Positions 1-15,000 of a stretch of DNA of 64,000 nt are shown one piece after another; positions within the stretch are counted from its first letter, which is position 1, and every line of letters begins with the position of its first letter. A model generated the notes under the pieces. That model ran no database searches and was not told where the DNA came from. It saw nothing but the letters and a program-made list of their open reading frames with translations. This stretch comes from Candidatus Omnitrophota bacterium (GTDB lineage Bacteria > Omnitrophota > Gorgyraeia > Gygaellales > Profunditerraquicolaceae). The stretch spans positions 69,302 to 133,301 of the forward strand of contig JAQUOV010000003.1 of NCBI GenBank assembly GCA_028716965.1, written 5' to 3'. The position numbers and the translations under genes were made by a program.

Positions 1-3000
1 GATGTGACCGCTGCCGATAATACCCCGCTTACTTCAGGTAACGAAATCTTCAGCGCTTCTTCCGGAGTAACATAATCAAAAATAATTATTATCCCCAAGC
101 GCTTTTCTCCCCTTTCATTCATCTCCCGGCGCAACTTTACGGCTTGCGAGATAAAATCATCTAAATTAACCCTGCTTGCGTTTAATAACCGTCCTGCATT
201 AATCCCGCCACAGGCTGCTACACCGGCGGCAAAAGACTCTTTTTTCTCTATCAAGGCGATTAAATCAGGGGATATTCTTTGCTTCTTAACAAGCGGGGCA
301 GCCCTTGACTGAAGCAAATAAACAGTCGTCTTGCCATCTCTGGTTTCAGAAGTCAACTCTACCTCCTGAGGCTCCCCTTCTTTTTCCTCAAGCTCTTCAC
401 AAATTTGGGAGAATCTTAAGAATAAATCAGGGTTAGTTTCTTCAAGCGCCGGACCGCTATCTTTGCCTTTCTGTATTCTGCTGACTAATTGTGAATGCCT
501 CGTAGTGCCGGATACCAATCCAAAGCCCTGCGCGCATGATTTATAATCTCCGTGTATAATGCTTTCACTGCTGGCAAAATCACGCGAGAAAACAACTGCT
601 GTCCCTGAATCTCTGTTTAAATTTCCAAATACCATCTCCTGCAAAAGGCAGGCTGTGCCCCAGGCGGACGAAATTTTAAACCTCTGACGGTATCGTAATA
701 CATTCTCTTTATCCCAGGAAAGAAATATCTCGCTGATACAATCTAAGAGGATCTGAAAAGGATCACATAATCCCTCTTCAAAATCGGGCTTGGCCTTTTT
801 AATCTCATCTTTAAATAAGTTAATAAGAATGGTTAAATCCTCTGCGCTGAATTCGCGGATGGTCAGATCTTCTGCTTTTACGGATAGCCCACTTCGATTT
901 ATTATATTGGCCTTCAACTCATCTATCATATATGAGAACCTGACAAATTCTATGCCTGCAAATGCCGAAGCATATGTTCCCAGGAATGTCCTGTAAACGC
1001 CATGGACAAATGAAGACTCTTCTCCTTCAGAAACCATACTTTGCGCAATTGCATCGCTCATAGGAACATTTAGAATCGTATCAAGCTGCCCAGGAAGGCT
1101 GATAAATGAGCCGCCGCGCACAGAAAGCAACAATGTTCCTTTATCAGGCTGTATTTCCTGCCTTGCTTGTATAACTTTTTTTCTTAATCTATCGCTAAGA
1201 AGATTTAAATCAAACGGGAACACCTTCCTAGTTACTGCTTCAAGCTTCAATATTGCATCAACAACCATTCCCTTAAATTCTTCATGGCGGCTGCCGCCGG
1301 ACTTCCATAGTTGGGAATCTCTCCAAGTATCAGTAGTGAAACAAACCCAGGCCGGAACAGTAATACCTAAATGCGCCCGGCTCCTTAAGTTATTCGCTTT
1401 TCCTCCCAAAAGAGCCATAGATATCTCTTTATCCACTTGCGAATAATCCGCAACATAAACTGGTTTTTGCTTCCTTCCCACGGCTATCGCATCTGCTTTG
1501 TCCAAACATGCTTCCACGGTTTTAAGCGCCGTAATAACATATTTCTCAAGAAGCCCGATACAGGCTTCCTGCGCGACTAAATCGCCGATAAACTTCTCCT
1601 GCACATATGCAAAATGCTGTTCATCGTTAAGTTGAATTCCTTGCGGAGGATTGCGGTATTCCGCGCGTAAATTATTTTTGCCAATAGTAGAAGCCATATA
1701 TTTTGGAATATCACCAAAAGCATGATTAAAGAAATCCAGGAAGCGCATTCTTTCCTCATCCAGCAGGCAAAGGATATCCCTGAGCTGGCCGATAGTAAGC
1801 GTTTGTGTTTTAAGCACTTTATTAATTTCAACCAGTCGTTTCGTTGCTAAACCCTGAAACTCAATTTTGTCCAAAACAAGCGTAAGGGCCTCAATAACAA
1901 GTGGGAAATCTACTCCGGGCCCTTGAGCAATGGAGTCTTTAAATTGTTGATTAAACAATTCTTCTAAAATGATATCTTCATATACTTCGTATTGCCTATC
2001 CTTGTTAAAATCGAAGAATTTCCTTTCTTCATAACGGCCATAATACCCAAAGAGCTCAAATCCCCACTCAACTCTGGCCATGTGTCTTCTGGAATACATT
2101 TCTTTGCTGATTAATAATTCTTCGAGAGGGGTTAAAATGTAGCTTTTACTGGTCCGGCGTATCTCTGCTATCTTCTTTAAAGCTGAAAAGTAATCCCCCC
2201 CGTCAATAAATAACGCTACGTCTTTATCAAGCCCTTCTTTTCTGAAATTGCCCTTTATGCTCTCGGCATCGGGATACCGTTTAGTGAGCCATTTATGCAA
2301 TTCCAGGAGAGATTTGATTACCTTTCTTTCCATTTCATTGGCGACACTGATTCTCTCAAAAATCGCATCCAGCATCTCAAGGGGGATTAATACAGGATTG
2401 TCTATATCCTCACCCGTAGTTTCACTATATAGCTGCATAGCGCTTTCCAATATACGATGCGAAGAGTCCATAAAAGAGCAACTGAATGAACTAAAGACCT
2501 CGGCTTGGGCCTGTGGTTTTATGAATTCCTTCACAAGGAGCGGGTTTTGGTTTTGCAAGGCAGAAATTACCGCAAAAATAAAGTCTTTATCGTCTGAGCT
2601 CGGATTTCGATGTAACTTCAGCCTGATATATCTAAATAAATTATTCTTCCTTACATAAAATTCATCAAGCCACTCAGAGAGCTTGCGAATCCTATCTACG
2701 CAATCTGCAGATATATCAATGCCATAGGGTACTGAACGGCAAAGTAGATTAGTTAGATAATAAACACCGCCGATATTACTATTTAAAAGCTCGCTTATGA
2801 CCTCTTGTATGAAATCATCTTCAGAAAAAGAAATAAGTTTTAACCTTAGGGCACAAATAAGAAAAACGATTGTCTGGCGGCCTGCCACAGGATCATGGCA
2901 GACGATTTTAATTATCTCTCTGATTAGGCGGGCATCAATCTGCGCTTGTGAATTTAATATTAAAATCAGCACTGTTCGGATCAACTTTTGATCTGTGTGT

Positions 3001-6000
3001 TTCATCGCCTCCCCCAAAGCTTTTTGTATACCAACTCTTCCGTTTGCAGTATCTGATGGTAAATCAGCTAAGAACATATAAATATTTCTATCAAGCTTTA
3101 GCGGTAGAGATGTCCAATGCCCTACTGCACATAGCCCCCATTTCTTCAATAATTCCTTAAATGGTTTTGTCCCAAGCATATCTTGCAGCTCATAGACTTT
3201 CCCGATAACATCCTTCAAAGCCGCCATTTCATTACTATCTACGTTAACCGTAAAGAAAGACGAATGCAGAAATTCGGAAAGGGTAAGAAATCCACTTAGT
3301 TCTTCCCCTGCCAGCACCCCGGCTAATGACACCCCTTCTTTCCCATAAAGATACTCAAGGTGGGATTGGTTAAATTGAGCGATCTGGTCAAAAATATTGG
3401 CAATAAAAATACGGGCGGCCCATTCTTCAGTATTGATCATCTGGCTTAACAGGATTTCTTCCGCAGCTTTACGTACCTTCTCTTTTCTTAACCAGATAAT
3501 TGCCCTGTCCCTGATTTCCCTGTCTTCATAAGGCATTACTAATCCCAATAAACTCTTGGCTCCATACTCACCCGTAAGAGCCAGGGCTTCCGTAGCGTAA
3601 TATTTTGTTCCATGTGAACAATCCGCGGTTAAAATCTCGTTAATGCGGCTATAAGCAAGCTCTCTAATCTTTGCCGGAATATCCCCGGCAGAAAGCAAAG
3701 CCGAGATAAGCTGAAGGCTAAAACTGCTTAATGAGCCTCCTGCCGAGATAAATAAATCACTTCTAAGAAAAGCTGACCTTAAATCTTCTGCGTTGCTAAG
3801 ATTTCCTCTCACAATATTTTCTATCTTACCCTGGCGTTCGGAAGTATATGTACGCCAAAAACCCATGCCCCACATCTTGTCCAAAAAATCCTTAAACTCT
3901 ATTAACGTCCTGCTCTCTTTATCGGAAAGACCACTTAAGCCGTAGTTCAAAGCTATTTTGCCTATTTCTTCATCCAGCGGGCTTGATGAGTAGTTGTCCC
4001 GGATGAGCTTGAGTGTTTCAAACGCCTGCGACATTTTAAACAAAGTATTTTCTGCGCCGACAGCCTTCTCGACCTCTCCAAAGGCGATGCCGGCAAAAAC
4101 AGCCCAGAAGAAGCTTTCTGTAATTACGGTAGTGCCGTATATCTTCAAACCGGAAAACAAAGTACGCATAAGTTCGTGTTTTGAAAATTTCTTGTAGATA
4201 AACCTGGAGTCCAAGGACCTGGCTAAACGGAAATAACCAAGGGAGTTGACTCCCCTATAACTCAAATCACTCATGATTGCTAATCTGTTTCTACAGGCAA
4301 GGCCCAGCATAAACACCGCTTCAAACATAACGCCGGCTAACTTGTTATTAATCAATTTTCTGTCAACCAGATACCGATACGCTTCTCTGAGATAAAAGGC
4401 TTCTATTATATACTGATCACCTGTATTGGGGATAAGCATGAATTCCGGCCGGTCTAAGATGCGGTCATAGATTATTGCCGAAGGATAAAACGCTTCGCCT
4501 GGAGTAGAAAAATTAACAGCTCCGGACTCTAAAGAAAATAATGCATTTATTGAACTAATTAACGAGAAGGGGCCTGTCATCTCCATTAACTGTTTGGAGA
4601 TTTCATGCTGCTCCGCTTGAGAATAGTTTTTACAGAATATACCAACGATAAAGTCCGAAGCGTCCCGCAAGATGTCTTTTTGTACCGGGGAGAATTCAAT
4701 TTCGCAGAAAGCAGAAATCATGTCTAATCTTCTTAAGGCATAATCGGAAAGCAAATCTCTTAATGTTCCTTCATAATACCTGAATAATGCGGCGGTGAAA
4801 TTAATAAATGCCTGCGCTCTCTCGGAACACAAAATAACCGTTTTCATAGATGACCCGTCGTCGTTAAACCTGAAGGTATCCAATCTTTTTTTTACACTAT
4901 TTATTGCCTTGGCCGCCTCATCTAAGCTACCAATTAACATATTAATTAATACCTGCGGCGCAAGATCCGGTGAAAAATAGTAATCTTTACCCTGAAAAAG
5001 ATCTTTGCTGTTTAGTGCCGAGGAAGACCGGATAAGGGGCACTCCTGGAAGCTTTAGAATCCGGATAGTTCCCACCTCACCCATCCTCCCATAATCTATT
5101 TTCCTTACGCTCAATGTTGCACTATTTTCCAGAATCGTTTCCACTTTTTTGTTCATTTTCCTAACAATGTTGCTTAATTGGGCAACTAAAACATGTTCAC
5201 TGTTCCGGAACTCTTCAATCAAAACTAACTCTTCAGGAGCTTCTTCAAATAAATCCCTATCAAAAAGTCTTCCCAACCATGGAGAATTTATTATAACACC
5301 ACGCATATACCCATTAATATTGGTGACAAATTCTTCAAATGTCTCAAGTAACCTTAAATGGAATTCGCTGCGTATATAGCAAGGATTAAGCGTAGCGGCT
5401 AATGCAACGCATGCTAAACTATGAACATATTGGACGAATCTCATGGATTCAAAATGTATATCACCCGGCACAACTACAGTTGCTCCCCGATATTCAACAC
5501 GGCTGATATTCTTACAGTCCTCAAATAATGAATTATGTAAGGAATGGGCTGGAACCCCCTTGCAGGTGTTGTCATAAAAATAAGATACCTCTCTTGAAAA
5601 ACCCTTGCGCAAGAGACTCCATTTAGCTTCAACCAAATATTCAAGACGGCTGCTTGGCGTGTAAAGAATTGCCTGTAGCGCCGCTATATAATTAACCAAT
5701 TTATTTAATGCCTCTGCATTCTCAAATATAAGGGGCAAGCTGCAAGATATATGTAAACTAAACCACCCCGGAGGAATTAATCCTATCGCAACCATAGAGT
5801 TGATAATTGTTGCTTGCGTAAACCAAGATGAAGCAGGAGGAGAAACAAACTCTATTAATTCATCCGGTCCAGGCACACCTAAATCTAAACCTAAATCTTC
5901 TTGCCAAATCTTTTTTGCTAATTGAAGCGCATAAAACTTGGAATAGGAATTCCATATTTCAACTTCCGTCCCTAAGGGCATAAACAAATTATCCCGACCT

Positions 6001-9000
6001 TCATTCAAGTTAAGACTGAAAAGAAAGTTATTCATAATGTAATTCACAACGTTTTCTTCTTTGCCGGCCTTAGAGAATAATTCAAACATTTTAACCGTTA
6101 TCGCCGTTTTCGCTCCCATACTCATAGTCTCATCAGACAAAAAATATCTTATTTCTGGAAGCTTAACCGAGTTCTTATATTTATGCAAAGCTACTTCATA
6201 CGGCTTACGGTATTCATCTAAAAACTGCAGCATAACACCATAATTGAAGAGATTCCCTGCTTCTTCCGAAGAAACAGGCAATCGGGCAGTTGCGGGAAAA
6301 AGCGGCGATCCTGCGATATGATATGCCTCTTCCCTACGGACCGAGCCTAAATAATACCTTTGACCTCCATAATAACCACCAATTTTTTCCTTACCGAATG
6401 GAACTTTTGGATAATTCTTGAGGCAATATTCTTTGCCTTTTGCATCTTGCTGAGAAAAATATTTATGGCAACAGACTAAATCTATAAGGGGCATTTTTGA
6501 ACTGATATACCGCGAGAATTGATTTGAATATTCTATTATTTCTTCCCCTATCTGGTATCTAACTTGCTTATTTATGCCATATCTACTATTTATTTCGATA
6601 TTATGGATAACCATGTTCCCCTTTATATCAATATACAGCCATGCGCACGCTATGGGATCTTTAATCTTCTCATCAATGATCTCTAAAGAGTTTATGCCTA
6701 TGTCAATAAGTCTATATAATATGGCATCGGGGAACTGATCGCTGTCCATCGCAAGGCAATAACCTACAAAATCACCTTGAAAAAGGTCATATCCAGGGTT
6801 CCTGCGTATAGGCCTGATTACAAATACCCCTCCGGGAAGGCTTTTGTCAATGCAGGAGAAACGTTTCTCCCTGAATCGTTTATCCTCTGATTTCCCCAGC
6901 CATCTTTCTATATCTAAACCATAATCTTCCATCCCTTCTCTTACCAGCCTATTATGTTCAGCTATTTTCCTACCCATAGCATCTTCCTGTTTTTCATTCC
7001 CGATAAAATCCCACACCCTATCTTCAAATAATGCTTTCAAAATGCCTTTAAATAGAGGTACTGAACCCGGGGCAATTCTTAATAAATTCTCTTTAGCCGT
7101 ATTCAACCTGGGTAAAAAAGGCATATACAGTTTATTGTGTATATCAGGATTTATGTTTCCCGCTTGCACACCTAATGAATCAGCAAAATAAGGCAAGAAC
7201 ACTCTTGCTAATTCATTATATAAATTATTGACCCCTCTAATAAAATTACGGTTATCCAATAATATGAGGTTATTTAATTTCTCGGTAAAAAGTTGAACAC
7301 AGCCTGCTTCTACAAAAGAAGAGGATATATCTAATACCTTAAATAATTCTGTCATTGGCACACGGTATTTTGAGCGGGAAGACCTGGTTTCTATTTCCTT
7401 TTTAATCAAAAACAGGGAATTTATGATCTCTTCGTTTTGCAAGCCTTTTTCTTTTGATTCTAAGAAACGGGCAACTACCCGGGAGTGGGAGCTTTGGCTA
7501 AACAAACTCAACATATGTTTAATGGCACCGGGCAATATTGATTCCAATTTACCGGCTAAAGGGAGATGCCTTTGCTTAAATATCATTTCATTGATTTTCC
7601 GTTCAGGATTTATTCTCCTGTTCTGCTTAATAAAAGCACCTAAAAGACTATCCAACAGCGTTTGGATGGGGGAACTGGATTCCTTTAAATCGCTTAATAG
7701 CGCGGAAACATCTTCCTGTGTAATTTTGTCTGTCAGCTTAAATACCACCTTTGAAAAATATGTTTTTCCCCTGGAATAAGCGAGATTATTTACGAGATAC
7801 TTATGAAAGCTGACGTCACCTTCCAGCGCATTTATAAAAGAGCCAAGAAATAGAACGGATGGACCTTTGGTTTCTAAAGATGCCAAGGCTTCATAAAGTG
7901 ACTGATTTTTAGGGAAGGATTCATTTTTAAGAGGCCACTTATTTGAAAACTTGTATTTCAATAACCTCCATAATTGCGTGGCGGCGAACAGATTATTGTA
8001 TTCTCTGGCAAATTTTGCCAATATGTTCCAGGCGCGCGACCTCCAGTAGGGAGTGAACCTTATAATATGGTAAAGGTACCGGGTTATTTCCTCAATTGCC
8101 GCCGGCTCAACAGCAACTTTGAGAAAAGCGCTTATCTCTTTTAACAAGCCTTCATATTTCTTATCCGTAATATCCCACTCGGAAGCCAATTCCCATCTTA
8201 GGCACAAGGTTTTTGCCTTGCCCAATTCGCTATCTTTAAAAGGAGCCGGAGGCGCCCGGGTAAAACGTGAAAGAAAACGCAAGTTCTTATCCCAAGGCGT
8301 AAATATAAGCGTGTACTTTTTACCGGAACCAATATTAACCTCATAAAAATCATCCTTGTCTACTACCATATCTACCGATTCCAACGCTTTCCTAAGAATA
8401 CCCGGAACACAGGCAGATTCCTTTTTTTGCTCCTTTGCCGCTACAAATAAAGTAACGATATTGTTCCCCTGTTCATTATTTACCTCTATCCTATAAGCGC
8501 TAAAGGCTTCATTAAGATATATAGCCCAATGCTGACGGGGTTTCATCATGCTGAATCTTTTGTCTTTGGGCCAACGGTTAACTAACCAGGTAAAAGGTGT
8601 CTCCTTTGCGGGGTTCCTGAAATCAGAGTATATAAGAGTTACCCTTATTGCCGCTATGTCATTAACCAGGGCTTTATCCTTAATAAAGTCCTGCAATCTT
8701 GACCTATCCAATAGCCCCTCAAACATCTTCTGCCATTGATTATCAACAAAAACAAAGTTAAAACTCCACTCCAGGGCCGAACTGGAGGAAATTACCGGCA
8801 AGGCAACAGTGAATTCCGTATATTCCCCTGGTAAACTCTCCACACTTACATTCCCGCCAAGTCCGTCAGCAATCTTTTGTAAACGGTAAAGCGGCATATC
8901 TCCATTATAGGGGTAATGCGAAAGACCAGGGTCTGATTCCTTTAAGGAGTAAAGCGGCAAGAACAGGTAATCGAAATCCTCTTCCTTGATCCCTGCGCCT

Positions 9001-12000
9001 CCTTCATCACGTATCCGTATAATAAACCACTTGTTTTCATGGACAGCAAAGGACACGGAAAAAGTATGGGCGCCGGCCTGTTGAGCGTTCTTGAGCATAT
9101 AAGAGATTATTTTCAATAAAGCAAGCTGGACCGCTACTTTTATTGGCTTATTAAAAACCCTGTCTTCTATGAAAACTTTTATTTTAAAAGATTTCTCTCT
9201 CGCCTTTAATTCATTCCGGATACTTGCTACGATTTCACGTGCATCCATAGGTTGCGGTTGCGCTTTACCGGATAACATATTATTTCTAATACTAATAAGT
9301 AAAAATAATAATTTTGTGGTGTTTTTCCTTATAGTATTAACTTCTTCGAATTCCGGAGCGATAAACTCAATTTCGGCTAATATCGCGTGGATCTTTTTAC
9401 ATATTCCGATAATGTTTTCCACAGCATTATTTAAATTTGCTTCTAATTTACCTAAAGGCCTTGCGTCATTTTGCTCTTCCCTTCCAACAATCCTTAGGGC
9501 ACTGATTATTAAATCCTGGATAGCCCGGGTTTTCTCGTTTGCGCTACCTTTAGTCTTCCTCGCCAGCCGATCAGTAGATTGCCCCATTGCATTAAGAGGG
9601 TTCTTTATAATATGGCTCATTCTTTCGGAAACGATGCAACGGCAATTCTTACCGAATAATTCTTCCGCTTCCCTTCTTACATCTTCGTCAGTATCGCGCC
9701 TTAGTCTTGAAATAAGAAAAGAAGCAACCACTATACTGATCCGGCGCAAATCCTGCACCAATAACATCCTGATCTGCCTACTGCCATTTTCCACAATGCC
9801 TTCCAATGCCTGCTTTGCTAATTCATCATTTATTTCAGCGTGAAACGCAAGGAATTGAAGGACCGAGAACCTTTCATTGTCGTCAGGAATGAAGCTAAGA
9901 TAACGTTGTTTATGCAAAGTAAATATCGTTTCTTTCTCCTTACCCTTTATCGCCTGGGGAGCAAGTATACTGATCTTCGGGTCATTTCCGCGCGCGTTAG
10001 TCCCATATGTCTTGCCATCTTTTGGATCGCCTTTTTCGTCAGCTATATAAAAATACATGGTAAAAGGACACTTCTCTTTCCCTGCGGTTGGCTTACGAGG
10101 ATAACAGCGGACTTCAATTCTAAAAGCATTACCGGATTTCTCAGCGCTGTCATTATTATTTTGATAAGGGCTTACTCTTGTCCAAACATGCTCCAAAATC
10201 TTTATTTCATGCTCTCCCGAACGCTCTGCCTGATATACATCTACAATATGCATATCGCTGTAGTCTCCGCGCGCTTTTCCATTCTCAAACCAGGCAATTA
10301 CTTTAATATATTTATTTAACAAGGCTTCGCACTCAGCCTTTGTAATTACTTTATCCAGCATGATCGTTCCATACAGATAAAACGGCTCCAGAAAATATAC
10401 GCGTTCTGGAGGCATCATCGAATGATCCCTGGTAAGACTCCACCTTAATGCATCCCCGGTTATTATGCCGGGCCAATTTTTCTGATCCTCCAGCAAAGGA
10501 GAAGCTCCTACTTTAGAATATTCGCTGGCGCCGGCCTGGGCAAACAGATGAACAATCATTTCCCGAGGGACAAGAGAGGAGAATCTCTGCTGCATCCTGC
10601 GCAATAATGTGTATGTGTCATTTACCCCCTTGTCACTAAGTATATCGTTGATACTAACCTCAAAATCAAATTCCAGCCTCAGGAATTCCTGCTCCAGTCC
10701 GGTCAATGGGTTCTCATTATTAAGCAACCTGTACGCCAACCAATCTCTCGGCCCGAATAATAAAGGATGGATGGAGCCTTTGAGGTAATGCGCAACTTTC
10801 ATCCCTTCCCTGACTTCAAGCAGTTCATGCATGCGGTGATGAAGCGTTCCCCGCAAAATAATTATTTGTGTAGAAGGCTGGTTGGCTGTTATTTTCTGGA
10901 TAAACCCGTTTAAACTATGATCCCTAAGAAGATAGTTCTTCGCCCATGCTTCCACGGAATCTTTCAACAGAGATAGGTAGCGTACGGGGTCTTGCTTGCG
11001 AACATCACCAGCCAGATACTCCAAAGACTCCCCCTTTATCCGCGATACCCAAGCGTTAAATGGCAAACAGTTATATTCGGAAACAATTTTTATTTCCGGG
11101 AAACGGTTTAAGAAATCGTCAAGCCCTTTGCGGTAAGCCAGGGAAACAGGATCAAGCAACATTCCGGGAACAACTAATCTGCGTTGCCTGGTAAAAGAAA
11201 GAGCGCGTTCCTTACCATCTTCAAATCTACGCCTTAATTCAGCCGGATGTTTGTAAATATGCCTTTTCACCAATTCTTCCGGCCTTATATACGTCCCGTG
11301 CTCCTCCAAAATGAATACGATAGGCAAACCTGAAGCCTCTGCGACAATTTTTTCCAGGATTATTCTGACCTCTTCAAAATGAGCAGCATACCCATGTGGA
11401 CCGTAGATATAGGCGATCTTGGCTACGCTCTCCTCACCAAAAATCACTTGCAATCTATCTACTAAAACAGCCAGTGCCTTGCCTTTCTTGGGGCCTAAAT
11501 CATATCTGGAAAGGATCTTTTCTAAAGCTTTTGCCTTTTTTGTCTTGGAAGAATTCTTCTCGGAAATAATCTCCCTAACTCTATTTAGAATAACGGTATC
11601 ATTATTTATATCATTAACAAGATTAGACAGCAAATCTTCCATTGCAAGCGGGCTGGAGGAATCATTGATACTGTAATTTCTTACTAAGTAATTAAAATTT
11701 ACGGGAATGTGGGTACTTAAATGGGGAATTTCTGATTTTTCAGGGAGGCGCCCTGCGTTATAAGCTTTTGTTAAAATACGGCAATCTTCATCCGTAAGGC
11801 CTATCAGAGAGCCTAAAGCGCGGATTAAAATATTCTCTAAATTCATCCCCTTCTGGAAGTAAACAACTATCCTGGATATGCTGAATTTTACTGCAAGATT
11901 AATTATTGTTTTACGGCTAACCTCAAGGAATGCATAAGCTTCAATTGCAGTAACGGCAATCTCCACATCTACGTGTCCGCCAAAGGTGAGATTTTCGCCG

Positions 12001-15000
12001 CTTACACAATACAAACCAATATTGCCGGGAGGCCCTCTCAAAGGATTATTCTTATAGCCTGCCCGTGCGAATAATCCATCAAAAAATCCTAAAACCTTTT
12101 CCCTGGAAAGGCGGAACTTTTCCAGATTCGTTACCGGCATCACTAAGCTTTTTCCTATCTGCCTGTGGACTTCTTCATGGGTCAAGCTTGAACTTGCGGT
12201 TGAAACTGGCGAACCACTGCTCCCATCGTTAGCGGCGGAGGCGCTGTGAGTGCCTAAGCGGGAAATTAATGCTTCCTGGTAATACTCCATTCTTATTTCA
12301 AAGCTACGTAACAGATAAGAAAGGTTGCTTCTTAATTTTTCAGCCCGCTCAAGAATGGTAAAGCTCAGCTTATTCCTTAGGCTGTCAAAAGATACCTTAA
12401 GAATTGGCTGAGCAAAAGACGAACCTTCTTCATAAGTTAAAACACTTGGTAGATCATGCTTGATCCTGCCGGCATATGGAGCTGCACTCCCATAAACATA
12501 TTCTCCCGATACAGTTATATCAAAACGGGGCTTCCATTTCTCCTGGCCTAAATCTTTGACCAATTCATAGACTCTTAAATAAGCTACTTTATCAATACTC
12601 AATAACTGCTCCGGCACATCAATCTCAGCAATGACTTTACCCCAGAGCGATTCTTGCAGCCTTACCGGCCAAGGTGTAGTCTCACCTTGCGTCCGCGCTA
12701 GCGCTCCGTTAGTTACCGGGCTTCCGGAGGCGGGGCTTCCTGCGAGCTTATTTAAAAATGAAGGGATGAAAGTTTCGACTACCCACTCCTCTAAATGGCC
12801 ATCGCACAACTGCCGTTTATTAAAATATCCGGCTGCCCCTGTACGAACCACGTATTGGATAATAGTATCCGAAGAACAAGTACTAATCATTACTACCGGT
12901 ATATTTTTAGTTCTATTATCTCTTTTAAGAACATCCAATAGGGCAATCCCATCCATTTCAGGCATGCTGATATCAGACGTAACAAGTAAGATGCTCGTGT
13001 TATCTTTTAATATTTCTAATGCCTCTATCCCATTTTTAGCTTCCATAAAGCGCACTGGAATCTTGTGAAAATTAAATATTTCTGACAATAAGTTTTTGAT
13101 TCCTTTCCGCAAGTCCGGTTCGTCATCGACCACTAAAATAGTTACTTCCGGGCTAATGGGGCTTCCGGCTGCGTGACCGGCATAAAGCCGAGCAATACCT
13201 CCAATCATATGCAATATTTCCGAAGCGACAGATTCATTCAAATCCCTATAACCTGTTCCGAAGGAGTGGAATGACAAACCGCGTTGTTCCAAATGCTTTT
13301 TAACAATGTCTATATTTTCGGAAATGATCTCAAAAGCTGTTTCCTTTGATATGGAGAGGCTTGCGTAAGCCAGGATCCTGTTTGTCACCACGGGCATAAC
13401 GCCCCTGAAATCCCAGCTGACCGTCGTATTAGGCAGCGTAGAAATTGTTGAGTCGATTGTGATCTTTTCCTTGCGCATAACAGCCCTGGTCTGTCCTAAG
13501 GGGCCGGTGTATAATATTAAAACCGCTTGCTCTGCGGGATCATCTGCTATGGAATAATCATTGCCTACGCCATTTATAACTTCAGGCTCGTCGTTTTCTC
13601 CGGAAATCGAAATTTTGACTCTGTAAATTTCGTCACCTATGTAGGCAACCCTGATCTGTTTCGGTAAAATGCCGAAACGTCTTTTTATTTGTTCAAGCCC
13701 TATTCTTACTCCGGTGGACTTCGGGGTAGGCGAGATATCTAATGTTGTCTTTCCTCCGGGCTGAGACGCGATGATCAACGGTTTTATATTGCTGAACTCA
13801 GGGTCAAGTTCTCTTATCTCCTGATAAACTCTTTTTATCTCCCCATACTGGTCGGGGCGGATAAATATTTCCTTATCTTGCCCGTTAGAATCTTTAACGC
13901 TGATCTGCCACCGACTGCCTGCCTTACAATTAACCAGGCTATCCAGTTGATGAAGCACGAAAATAGGGTCGCGTAAGATCAAATCCATAAGTATTCCCTG
14001 CTTTCTGCGCTTGATGGATTCGGGCGGCTCATCGCAGGTTCGTTTCATATCGAATCTACCCGAAAGTATACCAGCTATAGCGGCATATCCTAAGATTTCG
14101 TGAGTTTTTTCATCAAGTAAAGGTTCACGCGGCTCTATAACATGGCCGCTTACTTCATATCCTACTTCCGGCATACTCAAGCGGCAGGCCAATTCGATCA
14201 ATTTTGCCTCCGATATACTCATAGAGTTTTGGAATACCTTGACGTAGTTACCGGTTGTCCCGTCATAAATAAAAACCGCGTTCCCGGAAGCAGCGCCTAT
14301 TAATTCCCTTCTAAATATATCGCCTTCATCTTCCGAGAGGCGCCCTACGCCGGTGCGTGTTGATGCCCAGCTTAGCATACGTTCTACCTGTTGATAGGGC
14401 TCAACCATCTGCTTGTATGGGCCCTCAAAAGCCTGGCCAGTAATAACTTCTCTTAAGATCTTGGAACAATGAAAGATCCAGGCAATATAAGCCATCCATT
14501 GGTTTTTCGGCGTTCCAGCGGCTGTTAAAGTGCCGTCCATATCCTTCATAATTACCGGCTCTTTATTGAACACGATTGTCTGGCGCAAGTATCTCATCAG
14601 AGGAACGGCTGCGGATAATTCTCCCAGTATGCCCAGAAATTCTTCCTGTCCTGGATCCCGGTTAATTTCTGACAACAGCTGTTTATGAATCTCGAATTCA
14701 TTCTGGAAATTATCTTCCGCTAAACGTTCCGCTTTCGCGAGTTGAAATCTTAATACGGCTTCCAGGTGTTTCATTCTCTCTCCAGGCGTAAGGCCGGCAG
14801 AAATGATCTCATGAGGCATTAAGATGTCGATCACGCCGGCGCCTTGCCTGATAATACCTAAACGCTGGGCATACTCTCTTTCTAATCTATCGGCCGGCTT
14901 ATCATCCTGGAACGCTCCCGTCTTTCTGTTGGCGATAAATTCTTCATCCGTATCCGTAGGCGATAAAATACGCATTCTTACAGGGATAGATTTTATGCGG

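Noticed and set aside
1577-1831. Minus-strand small ORFs listed in the track (1577..1831, 24074..24283, 24686..24886, 39908..40096, 57683..57880, 60004..60204, 60851..61048)
   Set aside because: They are in alternative minus-strand registers overlapping the main ORF, 60-84 aa long, with no motifs; most likely chance ORFs.
9169-9843. + strand ORFs of 224 aa (9169..9843), 267 aa (46612..47415), 265 aa (58624..59421) and all other + strand track ORFs
   Set aside because: They are low-complexity (Ser/Leu/Ile-rich) antisense shadows lying wholly inside the stop-free minus-strand ORF and carry no recognisable motifs. The internal repeat in the 58624 ORF is just the antisense of the 177-bp tandem repeat.
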